Shown here one piece after another: positions 41,595 through 52,792 of a stretch of DNA of 64,000 bases. Under the pieces are notes generated by a model. The model ran no database searches. It saw nothing but the letters and a program-made list of their open reading frames with translations, and was not told where the DNA came from. The DNA is from an uncultured Chloroflexia bacterium (GTDB lineage: Bacteria > Chloroflexota > Limnocylindria > Limnocylindrales > CSP1-4), in contig CAVTWU010000026.1 in the NCBI GenBank assembly GCA_963738475.1, positions 10,362 through 74,361 of the forward strand, written 5' to 3'. Within the stretch, counting starts at the first letter, position 1, and each line of letters starts with the position of its first letter. Made by a program: the position numbers and the translations under genes.

Positions 41595-43957
41595 CTATTG
41601 ACGCGCCATGTGCGAGCCGAAGCTCGGCTTCGGAATCGACGATGAGGTCGCCGCTGACGTCGATCGACGACGTGCTCGATGCGGCCGGTGAACCTGAACG
41701 GGCTGGGGTAGTCCGGGGTCACCGGTGAGCCCGGGTTGTGGCCGCAGCTGACGGCCCCGGGATTGAACGCGAACGGCGTGGTGTGCGGCGCGTCGGCGCT
41801 GGCGACGAGGTCCCGTCGACGTACAGCTGGAGCCGAGCCGGGACGCCATGGCCCTTGGCCATGTCGGGCTGGCCCGTGGGTTCGAACTCGAAGCGAAGCT
41901 CGTGCCGGCCCGGCCGGCGATCGGCTCCGGCGAGGACGACGCTGAACAGGTCCCTCGCGACGTAGTTGTGGACGTAGTGGAGCCGGCCGTCCTTGACGTA
42001 CAGCGAGTACCCGCCGGCCGCCGTGCCCTGGCAGAACAGGACCCCCTCCGCGCCGGCCTCGGGGATCTCGACGATGGCGGTGATGCTGTGCGGGCGGTTG
42101 AGCAGCCGCGGCGCGGCGAAGTTCGGGATGGACTGGGTGCCGGGCACGTAGGTGTACTGGTTGCGCGGCGGGGCGACGAGCGGCTTCTCGCCGATCATCC
42201 GCGCCAGGCCGCTGCCGTCGATCGGCATGACACCGTTCCTGCCGGCCTCCACGTACCAGTCGCGATCATCGCGATGAGCCGGTCGCGGTGCTCGGCCGCG
42301 AGGTTGTGGTTCTCGGCCGGGTCTTCGGCCACGTGGTAGAGCTCCCAGCCGGTGGCATCGAGCTCGGAGAGCGTCTCGGCCGAGATCGGCTGGCCGAACC
42401 CCATGCCGGCCTCCGTGAACGACGGGTCCCGGCCACGGGCAGACCGCCCGCCAGCCGTCGTGGTCGATGGCCCGGTGGCCCATCATCTCGAAGTACTGCG
42501 TGCGATGTCGGTCGGGACCGCGGGATCGGCGAGGGCATCGGCGAAGCTCACGCCCTGGATCGGTGACTGCGTGACGCCGCCGATCGACGGCCGGTGGCTC
42601 GCATGTCCGAGCAGGTCGAGCACCGTCGGGACCATGTCGATGATGTGGGCGTACTGCGAGCGGATCTCGCCGCGCGCCTTGAGGCCGGCGGGCCAGGAGA
42701 CGATGAACGGGTCGGTCGAGCCGCCGCGGTAGGTCTCGCGCTTCCAGCGCCGGAAGGGCGTGTTGCCGGCGCACGTCCAGCCCCACGGGTAGTGGTTGAA
42801 GTGCTTCGGGCCGCCGATCTCGTCGATGACCGCGAGGCTCTCCTCGAGCGGCTCCTGGGCGTTGTTGAAGAACTGCGCCTCGTTGGTGGTGCCGGTCGGG
42901 CCGCCCTCGGCGCTCGCGCCGTTGTCGGAGATGACCATGACGATCGTGTTGTCGAGCTGCCCCTGCTCGCGCAGGTAGTCGAGCAGCCGGCCGAGGTGGT
43001 GGTCGGTGTGGCTGAGGAAGCCCGCGAAGACCTCCATCATCCGCGCCGACAGCCTGCGTGCGTCGGGCGACAGGGAGTCCCAGTCGGGCACGTCCGGATC
43101 GTGGCGCGAGAGCTCGGCGTCGGCGGGCACGATGCCGAGCTCCTTCTGGCGCGCGAACGACCTTCTCGCGATAGGCGTCCCAGCCGTCGTCGAACTGGCC
43201 GGCGTACTTGTCGGCCCACTCCTTGGGGACGTGGTGCGGCGCGTGGGTCGCGCCGAAGCAGAGGTGGAGGTAGAAGGGCTTGTCCGGGTCGACCTGGCGA
43301 AGGTCCGTGATGAACTCGATCGACTTGTCGACCAGGTCCTCGGTCAGGTGATAGCCCTCCTCGGGCGTCCGCGGCGGCTCGACCTGGTGGTTGTCGTAGA
43401 CGAGCTCGGGATACCACTGGCTCGTGTCGCCGCCCAGGAAGCCGTAGAAGCGCTCGAAGCCGCGCCCGAGCGGCCAGCTGGTGTACGGCCCGGCCGCCGT
43501 CTCCTGGCTGCTCGGCGAGAGGTGCCACTTGCCGACCATGAACGTGCCGTAGCCCGCGCTCGACGCAGCATCTCGGACAGCAAGCCGTTCTCGCGCGGGA
43601 CGATCCCGTTGTAGCCGGGATAGCCCGGACGCGAGCTCGGTGATCGCAGGCCATGCCGTTGCTGTGGTGGTTGCGGCCGGTGATGATGCATGAGCGGCTC
43701 GGCGAGCACAGCGCCGTCGTGTGCATGTTGGTGAAGCGGAGCCCGTTCGCCGCGAGCGCGTCGAAGTTCGGCGTGGCGATCGGGCTGCCGTAGCAGCCGA
43801 GCTGCCCGTAGCCCGTGTCGTCGAGCACGACGAAGAGGACGTTCGGGGCGCCCTTCGGGGCGCGGGTGAGCGCCGGCCAGGCCGGGCTCGACTCGTCCGT
43901 CGTGCGGCCGACTACCCCGGGGAAGGCGGTACCGGCGGGGTATTCGACGATGGGCAT
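41595..43957 (-). CDS. Arylsulfatase (formylglycine-dependent sulfatase family), frameshifted
   Basis: ATG 43957 after GGAGGA. PNVLFVVLDDTGYGQLGCYG. TALCSPSRSCIITGRNHH (C-x-P-x-R). MVGKWHL, VISDNGAS, GGPKHFNHYPWGW. Ends SEAELRLAHMARQ with stop at 41595. At least 8 hops. Confidence 0.85.
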
Positions 43958-44318
43958 CGGGTCCTCCAGTACGAACGTGATCGTGACGCCGGTCGTCCCG
44001 TCGACGTTCGCGTCGCGACCTGCGCGATGTCGCTGGACGTCATGGTCGGGAGACCCGATCGGTCGACCTCGGCGTTGCTGCCCGGCGTCGACCGCTCGGA
44101 GTAACGATAGCAGCGAGGACATAGAGGAGGAGGCCGCTTGCGGCGACCTCCACCTCGTGCGCTGTGGTGCGGTGCCCACGGGTGGCATGCGGTATCCCGA
44201 TGGTCACCCGTCAGAACAGGACCGGGAGCCGTCGTCGGCCTCGGTGCCCTGCGGTGCCCGCCTGCACATAGGCTTACGCCTGACGACTAGGCCGGTTCGG
44301 CGGGACGCATCCGCGCGT

Positions 44319-45773
44319 ATGAATCGCTGGCACTCATCCCGCTCCGGTCTCCGGGAGCGCCACCAGCGAGCCGACACATGCCGACCCATCACCGCCGACG
44401 AGGACCCGAAGCGTTCGATCGCCACTTCCTGGCTGGTCGTCGCCATGCTCTGGCTCCTGGCGGTCCCGTTCGCCGGTCCGGTGATCGCGGCCGATCCGCC
44501 GGTGCTGGAGTCCCTTGACGTGGATCCCGATACCTCGACGGTCACCGAGGGCACGACCGTCGTCCTGACGGCGACCGTCTTCGATCAGTACGGCAACGTG
44601 TTCTCCGGCACCGGGACGAACACCCAGGTCCGCTTCTACTTCGTCCTCGGCAGCCCGAACGATCCGCATGGCGGCCTGGCTCCGACCTGATCTGCCATAC
44701 CAGCGACGACGGGACCGTGCGCAGGTCAGCTATGACGCCGCCGACGACGGCACGGACTACATCTGCGCCGTCGCCTCGCCGGCCTGGTGGGAGTGCTTCG
44801 AGTGGGTCGATGCGCCCGAGCGCGACGATCTCGCGGACCTGCTCCGGGTGACGGTCACGCCCGCGCCGACCCCGACGCCCGACCCCGACCCCGACGCCCA
44901 CGCCGACCCCGACCCCCACGCCGACCCCGACCCCGACGCCGACCCCGACGCCCACGCCGACGCCCGACCCCACGCCGACCCCGACGCCGACGCCCGACCC
45001 CGACGCCCACGCCGACCCCGACCCCGACGCCCGACCCCGACCCCCACGCCCACCCCGACCCCGACCCCGACCCCGACGCCCACGCCCACCCCGACCCCGA
45101 CGCCCACGCCGACCCCGACCCCGACCCCCACGCCCACGCCGACCCCCACGCCCGACGCCGACGCCCACGCCGACCCCGACCCCCACGCCGACGCCCGACG
45201 CCCACGCCCACGCCGACCCCGACCCCGACGCCCGACCCCGACGCCCACGCCCGACCCCGACGCCCACGCCCGACCCCGACGCCGACCCCCACCCCGACGC
45301 CCGACGCCCACCCCGACCCCGACGCCCACGCCCGACGCCCGACGCCCGACGCCGACCCCGACCCCGACGCCCGACGCCCGACCCCCGACCGCCGACCGCC
45401 GCCGATCCCGCCCGCTGGCGGCCGGCACCGACCGGTCCGGACGCCTCGGGCGGCCGGTCAGACCCCGGAGGCCGCTCCCGCGCCCGGAAGCCGGCCGTGC
45501 CGACCGACCGAGCCCGGACTCCCGGCCGCCGTCGCCGACGCCGTCAGCGACGTCGCCGACACCGTCGTCACCGAGCGTGAACACGGTCGTCAAGCCAGCC
45601 GCCGCGGCCTCCGTCGCCGACGAGTTCAGCTTCCCGCTGGCCCTGATGGTCCTCGTCGTGCTGTTCCTGCTCGTCCAGCCGAGGGTCGACCGACGCGATC
45701 CCAGGCTGCGCGCCCAGTCGGCAGCCGCCGGTCGAGCGGCGAGATCGGGTTCCTCGACGAGGAGCTGCTGTGA
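44319..45773 (+). CDS. Surface-anchored protein: Ig-like module, Cys module, long Pro-Thr linker, C-terminal TM
   Basis: ATG 44319. Signal [81 protein letters not shown] repeat. [15 protein letters not shown], then [19 protein letters not shown] with stop at 45771-45773. Many hops, mostly inside the repeat. Confidence 0.55.
44872..45405 (+). repeat. Hexanucleotide (CCSACS)n low-complexity tract encoding (Pro-Thr)n
   Basis: About 530 nt of ccgacg/cccacg/ccgacc units. In the sense frame these read PTPTPT. C-run length changes push the track ORFs into DPDAHA or RRPRP frames, and into GVGVGV on the opposite strand. Confidence 0.85.
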
Positions 45774-48330
45774 TCACACCCGCCGACGCGCTCGGCGACC
45801 GACCGTCACCCAGGTCTCGCTTCCGACGACGGTCGCCCAGCCGACCGCCCCGACCGCTGCGTCCCGGGCCGACTTCACGTCGCTGAGCGACCGGATGAGC
45901 TATCTGCTCGTCCTGCGCGTCGCGATCGGCGGGATCGTCGCCGCCTGGGCGGTCCTCCGTCCCGAGGCGCTCGTCCTCCCGCTCGATTCGGTCCTCGCTC
46001 CTGACCGGCGCCTACCTGCTGGTCGCCGTCGCCGGCGAGACCGCCCGACGGGTCACGAGTCGCTTCGACTACTGGATCCTGACCGGCCTGCTGCTCATCG
46101 ACGGGCTGTACCTCGCGGCGACGATGTACGCGACCGGCGCGACCCAGAGCCCGATCCGCTTCCTCGTCTTCCTCGCACCTGGTCGCCGTCTCGCTGCTGG
46201 CGTCGTACCGGACCGGCCTGAAGATCGCCCTCTGGCACTCGTTGCTGCTGTTCGTCGTCGTCTACGCCGAGGCGGCCGCGCCTCCTCGCGCCGGTCGATG
46301 TCGCGCCCGGCGTCGGGCATCGAGTTCGATCGCATGCCGGTCCTCAACGTGACCGTCGTTCTGGCTGTTCGCCATCGCGACCTCGATCTTCTCGGCCCTC
46401 AACGAGCGCGAGCTGCGCCTGCGCCGAGCCGATCTCCAGGCGCTCGTCGATGTCGGTGCCAGGCTCGATGCCGTCGCCGACGCGGTCCAGCAGTCGGACA
46501 TCGTCCTGCAGGCGCTGGTCGGTCGGTTCGGCTTCGAGCGCGGCGTGCTGCTCGGCGAGTCCGACGGCCGCGTCGTGGTCCTCGCCACGCACGGCATCGA
46601 CGGAGGCGCCGACGACCGCGGCCGACGCCGACTGGATCATCCGCCGAGCCTGGGAGCGCCGCGACACCCTGCCGGTCAAGCAGCTCGATCCGACGCGCGA
46701 CCCGTTCCTGTCCGCGCCTCATGCCGGACGCCCGGAACGTGCTGTCGCCCCGATGATCGCCGAGGGCCGCACGCTCGGTGCGCTCGTCGTCGAGCATCGG
46801 ACGCCGGCGGACCGGCGTGGAGCGACGGGTCGCCGCGATGCTCGGCCAGTTCGCCTCGATCGCCGCGCTCAACCTGCGCAACGCCGCCCTCCTCCAGCAC
46901 GTCCAGGACCTGGCCGAGCGCGACTCGCTGACCGGCGCCGCCAACCGCCGCATGTTCCAGCTGTCGCTCGAGCGGACCCTCCACGTCGGCGAGCCGCGAG
47001 CGACGAGCCGACCAGGTGACGGCCGTCCTGTTCCTCGACCTCGACGACTTCAAGATCGTCAACGACACGCTCGGTCACGCCGCCGGCGATGCCCTGCTGG
47101 TCGCGGTCACCGAGCGGATCTCGCGCCTCGTCCGCGCCGGCGACCTGGTCGCCCGCCTCGGCGGCGACGAGTTCGCCATCCTGACCGACGACGAGCCGAT
47201 GCTGACCCGGTCGCGGTCGATGGCCGCTCGGCTCGTCCACGAGCTGCGCGCCCCGTACGTCATCGGCGACAAGCACGTCGTCGTCACCGCCTCGGTCGGG
47301 ATCGCCAGCGCCCGCGACGCCGTCGCCGGCGCGGCCGACCTGGTCCGCAACGCCGACGTCGCGATGTACATGGCCAAGGCCAACGGCAAGTCCGGCTTCG
47401 CCATCTTCGACCCGGGCATGCACGAGGCGATGCGCGAGCGCCACGAGCTCAGCGTCGACCTCCAGCGCGCCGTCGACCTCGACCAGCTCAAGCTGCTCTA
47501 CCAGCCGATCATCGACCTGCGGACCGGCAAGCTGGCCGGCGTCGAGGGCCTCGTCCGCTGGACGCACCCCGTCCACGGCCTGGTCATGCCGGACCGGTTC
47601 ATCGAGATCGCCGAGGAGTCCGGCGCGATCCTGCCGATCGGCCACTGGGTCCTGCGCGAGGCCTGCCGCGAGGCCGCCGAGTGGATCGAGGCCGGGACGG
47701 CGCCCGCCGACATGTTCGTCAGCGTCAACGTCTCGGCGCGCGAGATCCAGCAGCTCGGCTTCCTCGACGTCGGTCAAGGCGGTGCTCGGCGAGTCCGGGC
47801 TGGATCCGACCCGACTGATGCTCGAGATCACCGAGACCGCGCTGCTGCAAGGCCACGCCGACGACCATCGCCACGCTCCACGGCGTGCGCGCGCTCGGCG
47901 TCCGGACCGTCATCGACGACTTCGGGACCGGCTACTTCTCGCTCAGCCACCTGCGCCAGTTCCCGATCGACACGCTCAAGATCGCCAGCGAGTTCGTCCA
48001 GGACACGGACGAGACGTCGAAGTCATCCGCGCTGGCCGGCGCGATCGTCGCGATGAGCCGCTCGCTCGGGATCGAGACCGTCGCCGAGGGCATCGAGACC
48101 GAGGAGCAGGCCGACCGGATGCGCGACCTGGGCTGCGCGTTCGGCCAGGGCTACGCCTTCGCTCGTCCGCTGACGCCCGAGGACTCCTCGCCGCCTACGG
48201 CCCGACGGGCGTCGCCACGCCAGCCCCGGCCCGGGCTTCGAAGGCTCCCAAGGTCCGCCCGACACGACCTGCGCGGACGCCGAGGCTGTCGTCCAAGCCC
48301 ACGCCGAAGGCCGCAGCGGCGGGCGCCTGA
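45770..48330 (+). CDS. Membrane sensor with GAF-like, GGDEF and EAL domains, frameshifted
   Basis: GTG 45770 overlaps the upstream stop (GTGA). TM block [56 protein letters not shown]: [52 protein letters not shown]: [60 protein letters not shown]. About 10 hops. Confidence 0.8.
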
Positions 48331-48450
48331 GCTCCGGTGCATCGCGGCACCGACGTTCGCCTCGGCCATTGACACCCGACGGCCCGGCACACAGCATTCG
48401 GTTGATGCTCTCGCTTCCGCCCGATCGGTCAGGCCGCCTCCGTCCGCCGG

Positions 48451-49412
48451 GTGACGTCGGTCGTGCTGGCGATCGCCGCTGGCGGTGGGGCTGACCCCGG
48501 TGGCGGCGCCCGGTCGTGCCGCGGCGGTCACCTACGGTTCACCCGGACCCGATCCTGTACGCGATGTACGACACCGAGGGGAACCAGCACCTGTGGACCT
48601 GCATGCCCGGCGGGGAGCCCGTGCCCATTCCCGGCACGATCGGCCATGGCGCTCAAGGCGGTCGCTGGTCGCCGGACGGGCGCGTCATCGCGTTCAGCGT
48701 CTGGGGCGACGGCATCTTCCTGATCAATCCGGACGGCTCCGGGCGACGCGAGATCGCCGACTGGGTCGAAGGCGAGATCTTCGGCCGAGCCGATCTGGTC
48801 GGCCGATGGCACGAAGATCGCGGTCTCCGTCATGCACCCGGCCGTCGACGGGCGAGACGCTCGAGATCCAGATCGTCGATACGCGTCGGCGGCTCGACGC
48901 GGATCGAGACCGGCCTGGACCATGTCTGGGACTGGCTCGCGGACGGGACCTTCATCGGCGGGGCCTGGCGGTACGTGGTAGCCCGGGAGACCCATCGACG
49001 CGGAACCTGGAGATCGCGGCTGCAGGCGCCCGATGGCACGCGGACCTTCCTGACGGACACGCCGACGATCTGAGGAGGGCGCGCCGCGCGTCTCCCCGGA
49101 CGGCCAGCGGATCGCCTTCAACGTCCATCGACGCTCGGGACGAACATCATCCTACAGCCTCGGCGTGATGGACATCGACGGTGGCGAACGTACGGTAGCA
49201 TGCCGCTCAGCAACCAGGTGACGTGGCCGGCCTGGTCGCCCAACGGGACGGAGATCGCGATCGGGCCGCAGCCGGCGGCGATCCGGCCCGACTTCACCGG
49301 CCGCCGGCCCCTGATCAACGGTCGAGCCAGCGGCGACGGCATCGACTGGGCGCCGCTGGCCGGCACGATCCCGGATCCCCCCCGATCGAGGGGATCCGGA
49401 CCGCCGCCCTGA
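48451..49412 (+). CDS. Secreted PD40/TolB-like beta-propeller repeat protein, frameshifted
   Basis: Signal MTSVVLAIAAGG. GGRWSPDGRVIAFSVWGDGIFLINPDGSGRREI. PSWSADGTKIAVSV. VSPDGQRIAF. PAWSPNGTEIAIG. At least 6 hops; ends approximate. Confidence 0.6.
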
Positions 49413-49541
49413 AGGACCGGGCGTCGACTTCGCGCACGATCATGGACGGATCGCGGCCCGGACGTCAGGACGTTGAGCACCTGCTGTGCGGGCCGGCCGA
49501 ACCGACCAAGGGGTTCGAATGCGGATCCCATGGCCGTCACG

Positions 49542-50052
49542 TTACCGCAGGTCCGCGCAGGCGAGCTTGGCTCCGCCGGGGGCGTGGATGACGACAGCGA
49601 CGGCCGTCGGTCCGGCGATCCCGACATTGCGCGCGAAGCCGTTGCCGACCCCTGCCGCGTTCGTCGTGAACTCCGGCCAGATCTCGTTGACCGCGTTGAC
49701 GTAGTCGGGGCCGGTCCCGGGGACGTACTGGTAGTGGCCGTCCGCGTAGGTCGGAAGGCCGGTGACCGGATCGACGGCGTCGCAGGCCTGCTTGTGGACG
49801 TGGGCCCCGTATGCCGTGTTCGCGGACAGGCCTCGGACGTGGACGACCACGTAGGTGCGCCCGTTCGTCCGGACCATCACGGCCTGACCGTCGATGTCCA
49901 GGCCCTGGGCGACCCGCCGAGAATCGTGGAACCGGCCGTGGGTCACTTGAGCGCCCCAGGCGGCGGTCGGCGAGACCAGCAGGAGCGCAGCGAGCGCACC
50001 GAGGGGCAACGCCAGACGCCACCGAGCGTGATCCACGTCGCTTGCCCTTCAT
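49542..50052 (-). CDS. Cu,Zn superoxide dismutase-like secreted protein
   Basis: ATG 50052 after GGAGGG, then an early hop into the 164-aa ORF. Signal LALPLGALAALLLVSPTAAWG. GAHVHKQAC (H-x-H). AVVIHAPGG..ACADL. Confidence 0.7.
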
Positions 50053-50071
50053 GATGCCCTCCGGTCGCCTG

Positions 50072-50105
50072 TATAGCGGGTCACGCTATATCGTGACACG
50101 ATATA
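50072..50105. promoter_or_regulatory. Two overlapping perfect palindromes in the sodC-like / response-regulator divergent region
   Basis: tatagcg-ggtca-cgctata (50072-50090) and tatatcgtg-a-cacgatata (50087-50105), in the most AT-rich patch of the window. Confidence 0.5.
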
Positions 50106-50161
50106 TAGACCCATCGGTCGGCCATGTCAAGAGCGGACCTTCGAGTCCTTATCTCGCACTC

Positions 50162-50872
50162 ATGTCGGGCTGCGATGATGTCGCCGTGAGTGCCGTCGAG
50201 AGCGCCCGGATCCTCGTCGTCGACGACGACCCGCGCCTCGCCGCGTCCGTCCGCCGGGCGTTGGCGTACGAGGGGTATCGAGTGGAGACGGCCGGCGATG
50301 GACCGTCCGCGCTGGCCGCGACGCGCGACCGCCTGCCGGACCTCGTCGTCCTCGACGTGATGCTTCCGGGCATGGACGGACTGGAGGTCTGCCGTCGATT
50401 GCGAGCCGGCAGCGACGTCCCGATCCTCATGCTCACGGCCCGCGATGCCATCGATGCGCGGGTGGATGGCCTCGACAGCGGCGCCGACGACTACCTGGTG
50501 AAGCCATTCGCGTACGAGGAGTTGCTGGCGCGCGTGCGATCGTTGCTGCGGCGACACGCCCCGGGCGGCACGGAACGGCTGAGCGTCGCCGACCTGGTCG
50601 TCGAGCCGGAGGCCCATGACGCTCGGCGCGGCGACCGACGCCTGACCCTGTCGGCGCTGGAGTTCAGCCTGCTCGAGCACTTCGCCCGCCACCCGCGCGT
50701 GGTCCTGACCCGCGAGCGGCTGCTCGACGCCGTGTGGGGCTTCGAGTCGGACTCGGTCTCCAACGTCGTCGATGTCTACGTCGGCTATCTTCGGCGCGAG
50801 CTGGAGTCCGGCGGGGAGCCGCGACTCCTCCACACCGTCCGTGGCGTCGGCTACGTGCTGCGCGAGGACTGA
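50162..50872 (+). CDS. OmpR-family response regulator
   Basis: ILVVDDDPRLA..DLVVLDVMLPGMDGLEV..LMLTARD..DDYLVKPF. Winged helix LSALEFSLLEHFARHPRVVLTRERLLDAVWG..LHTVRGVGYVL. Confidence 0.9.
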   Translation: MSGCDDVAVSAVESARILVVDDDPRLAASVRRALAYEGYRVETAGDGPSALAATRDRLPDLVVLDVMLPGMDGLEVCRRLRAGSDVPILMLTARDAIDARVDGLDSGADDYLVKPFAYEELLARVRSLLRRHAPGGTERLSVADLVVEPEAHDARRGDRRLTLSALEFSLLEHFARHPRVVLTRERLLDAVWGFESDSVSNVVDVYVGYLRRELESGGEPRLLHTVRGVGYVLRED

Positions 50873-52270
50873 GTGCGCATCCGCCGCCGCCTCGTACTCC
50901 TGGCCGTCGCGGTCGCCACGGCCGGGATGACGCTGTTCGCCGTCCTGTTGTCGGGGCTGCTGGCACGGGGTGTGGCGACCGACCAGGATGTCGCGCTGGC
51001 TCGGCTCGCGGCGGGGACGGCGGCCGTCGTGGAGTCGGTCGGGCCGGACGGACTGGCGTCGCGTCAACCGCTGGCTCCGGTGGACCTCGCCACGAGCACG
51101 GACCCGTTCGTCGTGGTGCTCGACGCCGACGGGCGCCCGCTGTACTCGACCGCGGCGGCGGCGGAGGGACAGCCGCGGGTCCCGGCAGCGGTCGTCGTCG
51201 AGGCGATCGAGACGGGATCGTCGGTCGCGACGATCGGGCAGCCGCCCGACGCCGAGTTCCGGGTCGCGGCCGCTCGCTGGACGTACGAGCGGCGACCTCG
51301 GGGATCGCCGTCGCGGGCCAGTCGACGCGGTTCGTGGAGCAGCAGATCGCCGGCGTCCGGTTCTTCCTCATCTTCGCGGCGATCGTCACGATCATCGCCG
51401 TGGCGCTCGTGAGCTGGTTCGTGGTCGGCCGGGCGCTTCGGCCGCTGCGCACGCTTGACCGCCACCGCCGACGAGATCGCGCGGACCGGGGACCTGTCAC
51501 GCCGCCTGCCCGAGGTTCGGACCCGCGACGAGGTCGGTGTGCTGACCGCGAGCTTCAACGGGATGCTGGAGCGTGTCTCGGCCGCACAGGACGAGCTGGC
51601 CGCCTCGCTGGCCGCGCAGCGCCGCTTCGTCGCGGACGCCTCGCACGAGCTTCGGACGCCGCTCACCACCATCCGCAACAACGCGGGTTTCCTGGTCGAG
51701 CACCCCGACGCGGCGGAGGCGGACCGCGCGGAGGCGGTGGGCGACATCGAGGCCGAGAGCGAGCGGCTCAGCCGCCTCGTGGACGACCTGTTGCGGTTGG
51801 CTCGGGCGGACTCGGGCGGCCGACTCGAGCGGGTGCCGGTGGACCTGCGGGCGATCTGTGATGACGTCGTCCGGCGTGCTCGCCGATCGGACCGGAACGT
51901 GGTCCTGGCGTCGGGCGGGGGTGCGGCCATCGTCGATGGCGACGCGGACGCGCTGACGAGACTGGCCTGGATCCTGGTGGACAACGCCTTGCGCCATGGG
52001 AGCGGCGACGTCGACGTCTCGGTCGGGGCCGATGGTGGATCCGTCGTCCTCACGGTGGGGGACCGGGGACCGGGGATCCCTCCGGGCGATGAGACGCGCA
52101 TCTTCGAGCGGTTCCATCGAGCCGATCCGGCGAGATCCGGCGGGGGAGCGGGCCTGGGCCTGGCGATCGCCGCGTCGATCGTCGATAGCCACGGTGGGGC
52201 GATCGCGGCGGCGAACCGCGAGGGCGGGGGAGCCACCTTCGTGGTGAGGTTGCCGGCGCTGCCCGCCTGA
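50873..52270 (+). CDS. Sensor histidine kinase (HAMP-HisKA-HATPase), frameshifted
   Basis: GTG 50873 abuts the RR stop. TMs LVLLAVAVATAGMTLFAVLL and FFLIFAAIVTIIAVALVSWFVV. HAMP GDLSRRLPEVRTRDEVGVLTASFNGM. H-box FVADASHELRTPLTTI. LVDNALRHG. GDRGPGIPP. GGAGLGLAIA. 2 hops at 51290-51460. Confidence 0.85.
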
Positions 52271-52382
52271 CCGCGTGGCTGGGCACCGGGCGTGCCTCCG
52301 GCCCGCCCCCGGCGCCAGCTTCTCATCGAGCGCTCATCCGCCGTCCATCGCCGGCTCATCTGCGGCTTGCACAGTCGACCCC

Positions 52383-52787
52383 ATGGATACGCAGTCAGCG
52401 GTGCCGGCCGCCACACCCCGGCCAGCCATCGACCGTCCCGACCTCGTCGAGGTCGCCCACCTCCTCGTCCTCGTCCAGGGCGCGATCCTCGTCGCCCGGA
52501 CGATCGAAGCCGTGTTCTTCCTGGCCTTCACCGGACCTGCGGCCGCCGTCTCGCTGGGGCTGACGGCGGCCGCGGCCGTCCTGACCCTCGCGACGGTCGC
52601 CGGTCTCGCCCGAGGCTCCAGGCGCGCCCGTCGCTGGACGCTCGTGGCGGAGGTCGGCGTCGTGGCCGTGACCGTCGTCGACCTGCTGCTGGCCCTGGTC
52701 ATGACCGGGGAGCCGCTCGGTCCCGTCGAACTCCTGGTCGGACTCGCCCTCCCGGCCGCCGTCATCGTCCTGCTGCGCGCGAGGTGA
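52383..52787 (+). CDS. Hypothetical 4-TM membrane protein
   Basis: ATG 52383. VAHLLVLVQGAILVA, AAVSLGLTAAAAVLTLATVAGL, VAEVGVVAVTVVDLLLALVM, LLVGLALPAAVIVLL. Confidence 0.4.
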   Translation: MDTQSAVPAATPRPAIDRPDLVEVAHLLVLVQGAILVARTIEAVFFLAFTGPAAAVSLGLTAAAAVLTLATVAGLARGSRRARRWTLVAEVGVVAVTVVDLLLALVMTGEPLGPVELLVGLALPAAVIVLLRAR

Positions 52788-52792
52788 TCGCC

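Noticed and set aside
44542-45593. GVGVGV / RGRGRR repeat proteins on the minus strand, and a possible CRISPR-like array
   Set aside because: These are the reverse-complement and off-frame readings of the (CCSACS)n Pro-Thr tract. The unit is 6 nt with no spacers, so it is not a CRISPR array.
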